Shown piece by piece: positions 51,996 to 62,312 of a stretch of 64,000 bases of DNA (the first letter of the stretch is position 1; the number at the start of each line of letters is the position of its first letter). The position numbers and the translations under genes are program-made. The notes beneath the pieces were generated by a model that was not told the origin of the DNA, made no database searches, and was given only the letters and a program-made list of their open reading frames with translations. Source of the stretch: Verrucomicrobiota bacterium (lineage in GTDB: Bacteria > Verrucomicrobiota > Verrucomicrobiia > Limisphaerales > AAA164-E04); NCBI GenBank assembly GCA_047947115.1, contig CP170459.1, positions 3,200,001-3,264,000 of the forward strand, written 5' to 3'.

Positions 51996-53492
51996 TCATT
52001 GTGTTCCCGCAACACTGCCGATGAGAGGTTCCAGCAATGGTGAATGAAGACTGGGAACAACCAGATCGAGAATGAGTCTTGGGTAAATGCCAATGATCAA
52101 ACTCGTTCCAATTAAAAGGACGGATCCAATTTTTTCCTGTGCGGTGATGGCCGGAAGAGGTTCATGCCTCAGGGGGGGACATCCTTGATTGGACGGCCAG
52201 AACACCGTCAACAACGCCCGCAAGGAATAAGCAACACCGATGACAATTCCGATGCCTGCCATGATGGCTGTGTAGGAAAAACTGCTCCAAGCTCCCGTGA
52301 TAACATGCAGTTCCGCGACAAATCCGCTAAAGCCCGGCAATCCCACCGATGCCAGCGCTGCGATCAGAAACACCGTTGCAGCAAAGGGAAGCTTTCTGCC
52401 AAGATCCATTCCATCCAGCTGACTCAGTTCACGCGTATGGGTTCGTGCGTAAACCATGCGGCCTACCACCGCAAACAGCAGCCCTGCCAGAATGCCATGT
52501 GAAAACATCTGCAACACGGCACCGCTCAGACCCGTCTCTGTAGTCGCCAGCAGACCCAGCAGAACAAAGCCCATATGACTGACACTGGAATACCCAATGA
52601 TGAACTTGAAATCACTTTGTACCAGCGCGACAAGGGCTCCAGCGACAATGCTGATAGCGGCCAGCAAGGCCAATTCTTCACGCCACATTGTGGCTCCCAT
52701 TGGAAACAAGGTCATGGGAACACGTAAAGCCCCGTATGCTCCGAGCTTCATCACAACCCCCGCCAGTAACATGGAAGCGCCCGTCGGTGCGGCGACATGA
52801 CCCGTCGGAGCCCAGGTGTGAAACGGCCACATACCTGCCAGAATGACAAACCCGATAAAAGTCACTGGAAAGGCCCACCGTTGAAACTCGGGTGTGTAGG
52901 GGTGCTGGATCAATTGCTGCAGTTCGAAGGAATGTGCTCCCGATACCACGAATGCGGCCATGATCCCGATCAGCGCCAGCGCACTGCCGATAAAACTGTA
53001 GAGCACGATCTTCATTGCTCCATACGATTTTCGGGTGGAACCCCAGATGGCAATCAGAAAGTATTTGGGGATGATTGCGATTTCATAGAAAACAAAGAGC
53101 AGAAACAGGTCAAAGCTGATGAATACTCCGTAAACGCCGCCTATCAAAGTCAGGAAGAAGCCGAAAAATTCGTTGGCACGGTCTTCGATGTTCCACGAGA
53201 AGAGCACGGCAGCCACTGAAGCGATTCCCGTTAGGACTACCATTACCACACTGATGCCATCGGCTGCCAGGTAGTATTGGATGCCCAAAGAGGGGATCCA
53301 TGAAGCCTTCACCGTATCGACGATGGGGTTGCCATCCACCGGGGCGTACAAAATGGCGCAAATCAAACCCACCACCGCAGCCGCGATCGTGCCGGCCAAT
53401 GCCAGGCGGCGACTGAGATCGGGCCTTTCCTTGGGAACAAGGAAACATCCCAGAGCACTCAAAAAGGAAATGTAAACAGTCCAGGCCAACAT
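51996..53492 (-). CDS. nuoM: complex I subunit M, second copy (atypical)
   Basis: WIPSLGIQY..DGIS, FVFYE, PFHTWAP, MKLGAYG, YSSVSHMG, QMFSHG, GLPGFSGFVAE. Confidence 0.92.
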   Translation of the reverse strand: MLAWTVYISFLSALGCFLVPKERPDLSRRLALAGTIAAAVVGLICAILYAPVDGNPIVDTVKASWIPSLGIQYYLAADGISVVMVVLTGIASVAAVLFSWNIEDRANEFFGFFLTLIGGVYGVFISFDLFLLFVFYEIAIIPKYFLIAIWGSTRKSYGAMKIVLYSFIGSALALIGIMAAFVVSGAHSFELQQLIQHPYTPEFQRWAFPVTFIGFVILAGMWPFHTWAPTGHVAAPTGASMLLAGVVMKLGAYGALRVPMTLFPMGATMWREELALLAAISIVAGALVALVQSDFKFIIGYSSVSHMGFVLLGLLATTETGLSGAVLQMFSHGILAGLLFAVVGRMVYARTHTRELSQLDGMDLGRKLPFAATVFLIAALASVGLPGFSGFVAELHVITGAWSSFSYTAIMAGIGIVIGVAYSLRALLTVFWPSNQGCPPLRHEPLPAITAQEKIGSVLLIGTSLIIGIYPRLILDLVVPSLHSPLLEPLIGSVAGTQ

Positions 53493-53494
53493 AT

Positions 53495-55051
53495 CTAAAA
53501 CCGCATTGCGCTGATGAGTTCGTTAATAACAGGATTCAATCCGTCGAGAATGAAGTGAGGGAAGAACCCCAGCACCACCATCAAGATGACAAAGGGTGCC
53601 ACCAGGATGGCGTCCAGCAGGGACAAATCGTGAAATCCTTTTGCCGATTGACCTGCCGGACCGTGAAATAATTTTTGAAGCAACCCGAGCAGAAAAACTG
53701 CTGTGATCAACAGAGCCGGAATGGCAAGAACCGCCGCCCAGGGAACCAGTCCAAACACACCCTTGAAGATCAGGAATTCTCCAATGAAACCGTTCAAGCC
53801 TGGCAACCCGACCGATGCGAAAACGGCCAGCCCCATCGTTCCGGCCAGCAGAGGTGCCACATGACGCAACCCTCCATGTTCATCGATCATGACTTTGCCT
53901 CCTGTTCTCACTTCCAGGATGCTGGCAAAATAGAACAACACCGAGGCAATGATTCCGTGTGCAAACATTTGAAGCATGACCCCCCCCAGCGCGGACGTTT
54001 TTTGGATGGCCAGTTTCATTTCACCATTCGTGGCGAGTCCCAGGACCAGCAATCCCAAGAGGCAATAACCCAGATGGTTGATGGAGGAGTAGGCGAGCAT
54101 ACGCTTGAGGTTGCGTTGTCCCATGGCCGCAAACGCAGAATAAACAATACCGAAAACGGTGATGACGAGCAGCGGCGTCAGTAGTTTGCCGAGAGCGTAG
54201 GGGAACATGGGGATCCCCATCCGGATGAGGCCGTAAAGGCCCATTTTGGACATCAGACCGGTCAGGATCATGGTGACCGGTGTCGGCGCATGGTCATAGG
54301 TGTCCGGCAACCAGGCGTGAAATGGGATCATGGGCACCTTGATTGCAAGGCCGAAAAAAATCAGAGCAAAAATGATCGCAGTGAGCCACCCGAGATGCAT
54401 GTCATACCATCCCAGATTGGAACCAATGACGGAGAGCAGTGAGCCATTGGCGGAAAGCTCCGCAATGTCGGCAAATTCAAACGTTCCCGCTGCTGCCGCC
54501 AGCGCCAGGAAACCAACCAGCAGTGAGATGCTGCCTACCATTGAATAGAGCAAAAACCTCAAGGAAGACTGATCTTTGCCAGGTGAACCCCACAGGCGAA
54601 CCAGGAAGAAAGCGGGAATCAGACTGATTTCATAGAAAAAGAACCACAAGAAAAAATTGGTCGCTGTAAAAACACCCGCCAGACTCCCTTGGATGATCAA
54701 TAAACATCCGAAATACTTGGGTTCATCGTGATCGATCCTCCACGATGCGGCATAAGCGAAAGGCATGATCAAAGAAGTCAGCAAAACCATCAGGCCACTC
54801 AATCCATCCATGCCCAGCGAATAACGAACACCTAACGTGGGAATCCAATCAAACTGTTCGGAAACCGCCTCTCCCGAACCTGAATAACGGGTCGCTAGCC
54901 ACAGGATGATGCCGATGGCAGAGGTCAACAGGCTGACACCCATCCCAAAATGCCGTGTTTGCTTGTGGCCGGGGCCATTCAGGAACACCAGGCGGATGCC
55001 GGCCAGCAGGGGCATCCATATCATCAAACTGATCCACGGAATCGATGTCAT
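53495..55051 (-). CDS. nuoM: complex I subunit M, first copy
   Basis: WIPTLGVRYSLGMDGLS, FFFYE, AIKVPMIPFHAWLP, SKMGLYG, YSSINHLG, GLPGLNGFIGE; ATGA overlap with nuoL. Confidence 0.93.
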   Translation of the reverse strand: MTSIPWISLMIWMPLLAGIRLVFLNGPGHKQTRHFGMGVSLLTSAIGIILWLATRYSGSGEAVSEQFDWIPTLGVRYSLGMDGLSGLMVLLTSLIMPFAYAASWRIDHDEPKYFGCLLIIQGSLAGVFTATNFFLWFFFYEISLIPAFFLVRLWGSPGKDQSSLRFLLYSMVGSISLLVGFLALAAAAGTFEFADIAELSANGSLLSVIGSNLGWYDMHLGWLTAIIFALIFFGLAIKVPMIPFHAWLPDTYDHAPTPVTMILTGLMSKMGLYGLIRMGIPMFPYALGKLLTPLLVITVFGIVYSAFAAMGQRNLKRMLAYSSINHLGYCLLGLLVLGLATNGEMKLAIQKTSALGGVMLQMFAHGIIASVLFYFASILEVRTGGKVMIDEHGGLRHVAPLLAGTMGLAVFASVGLPGLNGFIGEFLIFKGVFGLVPWAAVLAIPALLITAVFLLGLLQKLFHGPAGQSAKGFHDLSLLDAILVAPFVILMVVLGFFPHFILDGLNPVINELISAMRF

Positions 55052-57111
55052 CGTCCACCTCCCCAAATCCAGATGATTGTCAAAACCACAAACCCTAATG
55101 CAACGACCTGCAGGTAAAGTTGAATGCGGCCGGTGTGTGCGTTCGAGACCCGTTCAGCTTGGTTTTGAATACCTTTGCAACCACGATCGAAACCGGCGTT
55201 GATCACCCATTCATCCCAGAAACGGCTGATCCACGAAACGACGCGTGTGCCCAAAGCAACCACTTGCATCATGGGAATCATGAAGTGACGTTCAAACCAT
55301 GCGGCTCCATTGGCGAGCAAACGCGCGCCCTCAATGACTGTTGATTCATAAAATTCGTCCAGATAAAACTTAGCTCGCAAGGTGCTGAACCAACCTGAAG
55401 GTAGTTTTTCGTCCAATGGATCCTGGTCTCGTAGGGGATCAAATACCAGGCTGCTGTAAAACCACCAACCTGTAACCAAACCGCCGATTACCAGAGCGGA
55501 AGAGCCGACCAGTAATCCAAAGGTGGAACCATGGAACAAAGCCGTCCAATGCCAATCGAGGACTCCTCCTTCCAGAAAAGTCCGGAACCATGGGGAAATG
55601 GGAGTGCCCACAAAGCCTGCGACGATCGCCAGCCCCGCCAAGATTCTCAAGGGTATCAGCATGGAAGCCGGGCTTTCATGCGGAATGACAGGATGTTCTC
55701 CAGTGGCATTCTCACGTTGTTGCAACCTGTTTTTGCCGAAAAATACGTGGCACATCTGGCGTGTCATGTAGAACGCGGTCAGAAAAGCACCGGCAAGGGC
55801 CATGAGAAATGGAGCCGGATGACCGTGCCAATGGGCTGCTGCATGCAAGATTTCGTCCTTGCTCCAGAATCCAGAGGTAACCAGCGGAAAACCGGCCAGC
55901 GCCAACATCCCTATACCATACGTGACGAAGGTAACGGGCATGGCTTTTCTCAGTCCGCCCATATAACGGATGTCCTGTTCATCGTGGCAACCGTGAATGA
56001 CTGATCCCGCCCCGAGGAATAAAAGGGCTTTGAAAAACGCGTGAGTGATCAGGTGAAACATGGCCACCGCCACTCCGCCGGTACCCAAGCCCAGCATCAT
56101 GTAACCCAGTTGCGAAATAGTGGAAAAAGCGAGAATGCGTTTCAGATCATTCTGGGCGCATGCAACCAGGGCGCCGATCAAAGCCGTAATGGCTCCAACC
56201 CACGTGATCAAGGACAGTGCCTGCGTTCCCGTGCCGGAATAGGCGAGCAGCGGGTGTACACGAGCCATCAGGAACACCCCGGCGGCTACCATGGTCGCAG
56301 CGTGAATCAAAGCGCTGACCGGCGTGGGACCCTCCATGGCATCCGGCAGCCACACGTGCAGTGGAAATTGACCGGATTTGCCCATGGCACCGAAAAACAA
56401 CAGACAGCCGATGGTTGCGGCGGCGGTCATTCCTGCCATGCCGGGCGCAGAAGCAATCCAGCGAAGTGAGGATGCTTCCAGGCAGCCTTGTCCGGCATCA
56501 TAGAAAAGCAGGGAACCTGCCTCGCCGTAGAGCCAGACCATGCCAATAAAAAGCCCAAGATCCCCAATACGTGTGGTGATGAAGGCCTTCTTGCAGGCGG
56601 CGGCGGCTGATGGCTTTTGAAACCAGAAACCAATCAAAAGATATGAAGCCAGGCCCACCACTTCCCAGCACATGAACAGGATCAGGAGGTGATTGGCAAT
56701 CAGCAGACCGAGCATGGCCCCGGCAAACAATGACAGGAAGGCGTAAAACCGCACAAATCGCGGGTCTTTTTCCATGTAGCCCATGCTGTAAATAAATACC
56801 AGTAAGGAGACAAAGGTCACCATGACGAGCATGACGACGTTGAGCGGATCCAGAATCCAGCCGATACGCATGGAGGTGGTTCCCACATCGAACCAGTTGA
56901 AGTTATGCACCAACCTCGTCACCGCCCCTTCTTCCGCTGATCGAGGCACGGCTCCAAATGCGAAAAGGGACATCACAAAACTCAAGGCCATGGCTACGAT
57001 CGCCAGCCAGGAAGCGCCTTGACGCTTGTCAACCGGCCAGAAAGTCAGCGCCAGAGCCGCCAGGATAGGGAGTCCGGGGATCAACCAAATGTAAGAAATC
57101 AAATCGTTCAT
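55048..57111 (-). CDS. nuoL: complex I subunit L
   Basis: WEVVGLASY, RIGD, GKSGQFPLHVWLPDAMEGPTPVSALIHAATMV, HAFFKALLF, GFWSKD. Confidence 0.96.
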   Translation of the reverse strand: MNDLISYIWLIPGLPILAALALTFWPVDKRQGASWLAIVAMALSFVMSLFAFGAVPRSAEEGAVTRLVHNFNWFDVGTTSMRIGWILDPLNVVMLVMVTFVSLLVFIYSMGYMEKDPRFVRFYAFLSLFAGAMLGLLIANHLLILFMCWEVVGLASYLLIGFWFQKPSAAAACKKAFITTRIGDLGLFIGMVWLYGEAGSLLFYDAGQGCLEASSLRWIASAPGMAGMTAAATIGCLLFFGAMGKSGQFPLHVWLPDAMEGPTPVSALIHAATMVAAGVFLMARVHPLLAYSGTGTQALSLITWVGAITALIGALVACAQNDLKRILAFSTISQLGYMMLGLGTGGVAVAMFHLITHAFFKALLFLGAGSVIHGCHDEQDIRYMGGLRKAMPVTFVTYGIGMLALAGFPLVTSGFWSKDEILHAAAHWHGHPAPFLMALAGAFLTAFYMTRQMCHVFFGKNRLQQRENATGEHPVIPHESPASMLIPLRILAGLAIVAGFVGTPISPWFRTFLEGGVLDWHWTALFHGSTFGLLVGSSALVIGGLVTGWWFYSSLVFDPLRDQDPLDEKLPSGWFSTLRAKFYLDEFYESTVIEGARLLANGAAWFERHFMIPMMQVVALGTRVVSWISRFWDEWVINAGFDRGCKGIQNQAERVSNAHTGRIQLYLQVVALGFVVLTIIWIWGGGR

Positions 57112-57419
57112 CCCTTCAGATCCTCCAGTATTTCGGGGTCGGTGTTTCGGTAGTGGCGGAAAATTGAAATCACCAGGGCCAAACCAACCGCCGCTTCGGC
57201 TGCTGCAATGGCAATGGCAAACAAGACCATGACCAGTCCCGACATGTCATCCGCACTCGGGTGGAAACGCCAGAAGGCGACAAAATTGATGTTGGCGGCA
57301 TTTAACATCAGTTCCACACCAGCCAGAATCAGGATCGCATTACGACGCAGCATGACACCCGTCAAACCGACGCAGAACAATCCGGCGCTGAAAAGGAGAT
57401 AGGGAGTCAGGGTATCCAT
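57108..57419 (-). CDS. nuoK: complex I subunit K
   Basis: RRNAI..GVELMLNAANIN, AAAEAAVGLA. Confidence 0.95.
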   Translation of the reverse strand: MDTLTPYLLFSAGLFCVGLTGVMLRRNAILILAGVELMLNAANINFVAFWRFHPSADDMSGLVMVLFAIAIAAAEAAVGLALVISIFRHYRNTDPEILEDLKG

Positions 57420-57420
57420 G

Positions 57421-57969
57421 TTAATGGGTTGGATCTCCTTTGGTTTGCGGTTTTGCCCCCGGTACTGCAGATACTTCTCTGCGTTCAGGCATCGCCAGTA
57501 ACGCGGCTCCGATCAATGCAACAGTCAGCAGGATTGCGAGCGCTTCGAGGGGAAGCACGTACTCGTTCAGCAGGGATTCGCCGATAGTTTTCACGCTTTC
57601 GGTTTTTGATTCTGGCGCGGCGGTTTGTGCCGGTGAAGATTTGACAATGCCGGCCACCATCACGGCAAATGTGAGCAGTCCGGTAACCCATCCCAATAAC
57701 GAGTTCATTGGGTTCCAGTTGCGCAGGTTCAATTCGTTGCCTCCCCGGGTCATCAATAACGCGAAAATCACCAGCACGGATACAGCGCCAATATAAACCA
57801 TAACCTGTGAGAACCCGACAAATTGGGCGCTGAGTTGCAGGTAGGTCATGGCAATTCCTGCGAAGGTCACAGTGAGGCAGAGCACGCAATGAACCAGATT
57901 ACGCAGACACATCGCCGCGATGGCGGATCCCAGCGTGATCAATGCGATGATGGCAAAGACGAGGTTCAT
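57421..57969 (-). CDS. nuoJ: complex I subunit J
   Basis: RNLVH, L.AQFVG..QVMVYIGAVSVL, YVLPLE..LLTVALIGA. Confidence 0.93.
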   Translation of the reverse strand: MNLVFAIIALITLGSAIAAMCLRNLVHCVLCLTVTFAGIAMTYLQLSAQFVGFSQVMVYIGAVSVLVIFALLMTRGGNELNLRNWNPMNSLLGWVTGLLTFAVMVAGIVKSSPAQTAAPESKTESVKTIGESLLNEYVLPLEALAILLTVALIGAALLAMPERREVSAVPGAKPQTKGDPTH

Positions 57970-59144
57970 ACAGTTGCTTTGGTTTCTTCGGCGTAGCGGT
58001 ACACCCTGGGTTTAATTCTGGAATTCCGGCTGAGCAGTCTGCTCCATCCAAAGTAGCCGCCGGTGTTCATCACAGTCCCGACAATCCAGGCGAATACACC
58101 TCCTCCGAGACTGATCCAAACCCCTGTGGTGATCAGATTCATCACGGACATGGGCAGCATGAACTTCCATGCGAACTCCATGAGCTGATCCGCCCGGAGG
58201 CGGGGCATCGTGCCTCGGATCCAGATAAAGAGCAAGACAAGCAGGATTAATTTTGCAAATAACCAGAAAGGACCGGGAATGAAATCCAAAATAGGAAGCG
58301 GCGCGTGGAACCCACCTAAAAACAAAGTGGCCGTCAGGGCACACATGGCAAACATTGCCACAAATTCAGCTAGAAAAAAGATGGCGTACTTGAAACCGGA
58401 ATACTCGGTCATGTGACCCGCAATCAATTCCGATTCCGCTTCGGGAATGTCGAAAGGGGATCGGTTAACCTCTGCCAGAGTGGAAATCAGAAACAGGATG
58501 CAACCCAGAAAACCCCATGGAGTCCAGATGAACCATGCTTGGATTCCGCCTTCCTGCGCTTGTACAATTTCCGGGAGGGAAAGTGTTCCGGCGGCCATCA
58601 ACACGGCGACGCTGGAAAGTATCAGCGGGATTTCATAGCTGATCATCTGTGCGATGGCTCTTAATGCTCCCAGCAAGGCGTATTTGTTGCGACTGGCCCA
58701 ACCAGCCATGAACACCGCCAGTTCGGCCGCCCCTCCGATGGCAAAGAAAAAGAGAATGCCCGCCTCGAATTCCACCGCCACCAATTTGTGACCAAAAGGA
58801 ATGACCGCCAGTCCGAGCATGGCTGTCACCAGCAGGAACAGGGGAGCGAGCAGATGCAAAAATTGATCGGCACTGAATGGGATGATATCCTCCTTGGTGA
58901 GCATCTTGACCCCGTCCGCGATGGGCTGAAAGATACCGCCGGGACCAACACGGTTTGGACCGAAACGATTCTGAATGCGCCCCAGCATCTTACGTTCCAC
59001 CAGTGTTGCAACGGCAAAAAGCCCTCCAAATGCACTTATGATGGGGATGCAGGACAGCATGGCGGAAAGCACCGGACGCAGATTCTCCGGAGCGATCATG
59101 ACGATCTGCTGTTTCAGTGCAATGAGGAGATCTTCAAACCACAT
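57966..59144 (-). CDS. nuoH: complex I subunit H
   Basis: ERKMLGRIQNRFGPNRVGP, QPIADGVK..KED, SYEIP, AEVNRSPFDIPEAESEL, TEYSG, PRLRADQ. Confidence 0.97.
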   Translation of the reverse strand: MWFEDLLIALKQQIVMIAPENLRPVLSAMLSCIPIISAFGGLFAVATLVERKMLGRIQNRFGPNRVGPGGIFQPIADGVKMLTKEDIIPFSADQFLHLLAPLFLLVTAMLGLAVIPFGHKLVAVEFEAGILFFFAIGGAAELAVFMAGWASRNKYALLGALRAIAQMISYEIPLILSSVAVLMAAGTLSLPEIVQAQEGGIQAWFIWTPWGFLGCILFLISTLAEVNRSPFDIPEAESELIAGHMTEYSGFKYAIFFLAEFVAMFAMCALTATLFLGGFHAPLPILDFIPGPFWLFAKLILLVLLFIWIRGTMPRLRADQLMEFAWKFMLPMSVMNLITTGVWISLGGGVFAWIVGTVMNTGGYFGWSRLLSRNSRIKPRVYRYAEETKATV

Positions 59145-59149
59145 AACGG

Positions 59150-59788
59150 CTATTTGGCTAACATCTGCTGTTCTTCTTTGTCTGCCTGATCCGCAGCCGC
59201 TTTTTCAGCGGCGGCTTGTTTCGCCTGAGCGGCTTTTTCAGCTTTGGCGCGTTCCTTGGCCAAGTGATCCTGACGTTTTTGTTCCCGAACGGCATCCGTT
59301 TCAGTGGCTTCAGTGGGATGGATGTCGTGGTAGTAGGAGTCGGATTTGGCCAGGTCTTCCTTGTGCAATATCAGGCGGCTGAAACGGTTTTCACCGGCGT
59401 ATTCGAATTCCCGGTCCATGCGGATGGATTCAAAGGGGCAAACTTCCACACAGATCTGGCACCCCATGCAAACCGAGATGTCGATGTCGAACACCTTGGG
59501 CTTGAATTGGGCCTTCCCAAGGAAATCAGGTTTCTTCTCGGTGTCTTTTTCGATGTAGATGCACTGCGGGGGGCATTCCTTTTCGCAAATCTGGCACGCG
59601 ACACAGCGCAGACCGGATTCCCAGTCTTCTCCGTCAAAGATCAGCATCGGAAAATTGCGGGCCGATTCCTTGGCGGGAATCTTTTGTTCGGGATACTCCA
59701 CTGTGACCATTCGCTCCGGATCATGAAAACTACCCACCATGTTGCGGGCTGTTTCCACCATTCCTTTGAGTATGCCTTTGCCAATCAT
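59150..59788 (-). CDS. nuoI: complex I subunit I (2x[4Fe-4S])
   Basis: TVEYPE, CVACQICEKECP, CMGCQICVEVCP; start 59788 (MIGKG); Ala/Lys/Glu-rich tail. Confidence 0.93.
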   Translation of the reverse strand: MIGKGILKGMVETARNMVGSFHDPERMVTVEYPEQKIPAKESARNFPMLIFDGEDWESGLRCVACQICEKECPPQCIYIEKDTEKKPDFLGKAQFKPKVFDIDISVCMGCQICVEVCPFESIRMDREFEYAGENRFSRLILHKEDLAKSDSYYHDIHPTEATETDAVREQKRQDHLAKERAKAEKAAQAKQAAAEKAAADQADKEEQQMLAK

Positions 59789-59810
59789 ATTTCTTTCAAC
59801 TCTCCTTTTC

Positions 59811-60992
59811 TTATCGGTCGACTTCTCCCAATACAATATCCACACTGCCCAAAATAATCACCGAATCCGCAATCGTGTGCCCAAGACACATGTCCTCCAG
59901 AATCGTCAGATTGATCAAGCTGGGAGGACGCACCCTGAAACGATAGGGTTGCGGTGATTTGTCGCTGATCAGATAAAAACCAAGCTCTCCCTTGGGCGCT
60001 TCAATACGTCCGTAAGCTTCTCCGGCAGGAGGTCTCAATCCGCGTGACTTGGCCTTGGGGTGAACGAAATTACCCTCCGGAATATCTCTGAGGGCTTGTC
60101 GCAAGATTTTGACAGACTCACGCATTTCCAGAATGCGCATCATGTAACGGTCATAGGTGTCACCATGATCACCCAACGGGACCCTGAAGTCGAAACGATC
60201 ATAGATGCCGTAACCATCCACTTTTCGAATGTCATAATTCACCCCTGATGCTCTCAGGATCGGCCCCGTCACCCCCGCATCAATGGCCAGGTCCTTCGGA
60301 AGAACGCCCACTTCCTGTGAACGGGACATCAATACTTCATTTTCCGAAAGGAGCGCTTCGAATTCATCAAGAAACTTCGGGAACGCTTCGACGACTTGAT
60401 GGGCTTGTTCGATCCAACCCTGTGGAAAATCGCATCGACACCCTCCAAAACGCATGTAGTTGCACATCATGCGCGCTCCACTCAATGATTCGAAGAGGTC
60501 CAGGATGCGCTCGCGCTCGCGAAAAGCATACATCAACGGAGTGCCAAGCGCCCCCATGTCCTGAACCAGAAATCCGATCAGGCAAACATGATTCTGCAAA
60601 CGGCTGAGTTCTGCCGTGATCACCCGCATGTATTCGGCTCTCTCGGGAACTTCGATGCCCGCCAATGTCTCAACACTCAAGGCATAAGCCCAGTTGTTGG
60701 TCATGGAATTGAAATAATCCAGGCGGTCGGTGTAGGGCATGGAGCCCAGATAGGAGGTGCCTTCGGCAATCTTCTCGTGATTGCGGTGCAGGTAACCAAA
60801 GACCGGTTTGAGTTTGGTGATCGTTTCACCGTCCAGTTCCACATCCATACGAAACACACCGTGAGTGGATGGATGATGCGGTCCCATTGACACTTCCATA
60901 CGTTCCGTACCTTCGGGACTGTGCTCGCTGGAGGCAGTCAGTTCATATTGAGGGCCTGTCCCCATCATGGGATCATTCAACATCTCACTCAC
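59811..60992 (-). CDS. nuoD: complex I subunit D
   Basis: [37 protein letters not shown]; no Ni-binding CxxC. Confidence 0.96.
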   Translation of the reverse strand: MSEMLNDPMMGTGPQYELTASSEHSPEGTERMEVSMGPHHPSTHGVFRMDVELDGETITKLKPVFGYLHRNHEKIAEGTSYLGSMPYTDRLDYFNSMTNNWAYALSVETLAGIEVPERAEYMRVITAELSRLQNHVCLIGFLVQDMGALGTPLMYAFRERERILDLFESLSGARMMCNYMRFGGCRCDFPQGWIEQAHQVVEAFPKFLDEFEALLSENEVLMSRSQEVGVLPKDLAIDAGVTGPILRASGVNYDIRKVDGYGIYDRFDFRVPLGDHGDTYDRYMMRILEMRESVKILRQALRDIPEGNFVHPKAKSRGLRPPAGEAYGRIEAPKGELGFYLISDKSPQPYRFRVRPPSLINLTILEDMCLGHTIADSVIILGSVDIVLGEVDR

Positions 60993-61618
60993 TGGTCGCC
61001 TCCTTTTGCCGGTGGATTCTGATGTGCGGCTGACTTTTTCAGCACATCCGCATGGGGCGTGGGTTCGTACTCATAATCGTCCGGTTCCACATAGTCTTTC
61101 CGCATGGGATGTCCTTTGAAGGAGTCCCACATCATAAGGCGTCGCAAATCCGGATGTCCTTTAAAGTGAATGCCATACAGATCGAAAATTTCCCTTTCCT
61201 GCAGTTCGGCGCTTCGCCAGACCGGTGTCATGGAGGGGAGGGAAACATCGTCACTTCGATTCCCCGTGCGGGTGCGGAAAACCAATGGGCCAACCGGGGC
61301 TTCCATGGAATAAAGGTGGTAAACAGATTCCAGAAAACCCCTGGTTTCCTCGGGTTCCGCGTCCTTGCCGAACTTTACCTTCAGGGCATCCTCGGTCCAG
61401 TCGATCCCGGTGACATTGGACAGATAATCCAGCTTCCATGGAGACTCCTGCTTCAGCCATCGGGCACAAGCCACTGCGTGCTCGTTTTGAAAGAGCAGGG
61501 AATGCTGTCCTGATGGATTCTCGTTCTCGATAACGAGTACACCTGCGCCGGCGATAGCGTCGTTGATCGCATCCGCGACAGATTGTATTTCCGGTATATT
61601 AACTGACATGTTCTCCAT
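60989..61618 (-). CDS. nuoC: complex I subunit C
   Basis: [42 protein letters not shown]; start uncertain (61609-61648). Confidence 0.93.
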   Translation of the reverse strand: MENMSVNIPEIQSVADAINDAIAGAGVLVIENENPSGQHSLLFQNEHAVACARWLKQESPWKLDYLSNVTGIDWTEDALKVKFGKDAEPEETRGFLESVYHLYSMEAPVGPLVFRTRTGNRSDDVSLPSMTPVWRSAELQEREIFDLYGIHFKGHPDLRRLMMWDSFKGHPMRKDYVEPDDYEYEPTPHADVLKKSAAHQNPPAKGGDQ

Positions 61619-61651
61619 ATGGGGACTTGCTGGTAAGCGATGCTCCAAATG

Positions 61652-62260
61652 TCAGCCTCTTATAACGGGTTCAGGGTTCCAGATCTTTGCATTTTTTGGC
61701 GGTTGCAGGTCATGAACGCCACATTCTGGGATGGGAAGATCCGCCATGAGTTCCTCTTCCTCTGCCTTTCGGCGATCCCAGTGAAGACTGTCCCCTGCAA
61801 TTTTTCGCTGGAGGGTCATGATGGCATGCAACAATGCTTCCGGCCGTGGAGGACATCCTGGAATATGGATGTCCACCGGGATAAAACGGTCAATGCCTTT
61901 CAGGACGTTATATCCATGTTTGAACGGGCCGCCGGAAATGGCGCAAGCTCCCATGGCAATAACGTATTTGGGGGATGGCATCTGTTTGTAAAGGCGCACC
62001 ACCTGGGGGGCCATTTTCTTGGTCACTGTTCCAGAGACAATCATGAGATCCGCCTGACGGGGAGATGGCCGGAAGACTTCGGCGCCGAATCGCGCCAAAT
62101 CGTAGCGTGACATGGAGGTGGCGATCATCTCGATGGCACAGCACGCTAATCCGAATTGTAACGGCCACAATGAATTGCGACGTCCCCAATTGTAGATTTC
62201 GCTCAGGGTTGTCGTGAAGATGCCGGCTTTTTGCAGTTCGCTTTTCAGACCTTCGTCCAT
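61652..62260 (-). CDS. nuoB: complex I subunit B
   Basis: [27 protein letters not shown]. Confidence 0.96.
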   Translation of the reverse strand: MDEGLKSELQKAGIFTTTLSEIYNWGRRNSLWPLQFGLACCAIEMIATSMSRYDLARFGAEVFRPSPRQADLMIVSGTVTKKMAPQVVRLYKQMPSPKYVIAMGACAISGGPFKHGYNVLKGIDRFIPVDIHIPGCPPRPEALLHAIMTLQRKIAGDSLHWDRRKAEEEELMADLPIPECGVHDLQPPKNAKIWNPEPVIRG

Positions 62261-62312
62261 AGATTGTTTGCTCGATTCCTTTTTCCCTCTGCTTGGTTGA
62301 AGGCCCGTTGGA

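Noticed and set aside
50477..57111. Mrp Na+/H+ antiporter interpretation of the four antiporter-like genes
   Set aside because: No mrpE/F/G; the genes are embedded in a nuoA-N operon with NuoL/M/N-specific motifs.
59811..62260. Group 4 [NiFe]-hydrogenase interpretation of nuoB/C/D
   Set aside because: The large subunit has no CxxC Ni-binding motifs and ends in GEVDR; NuoB has the complex I CC motif; nuoA and nuoJ are present.
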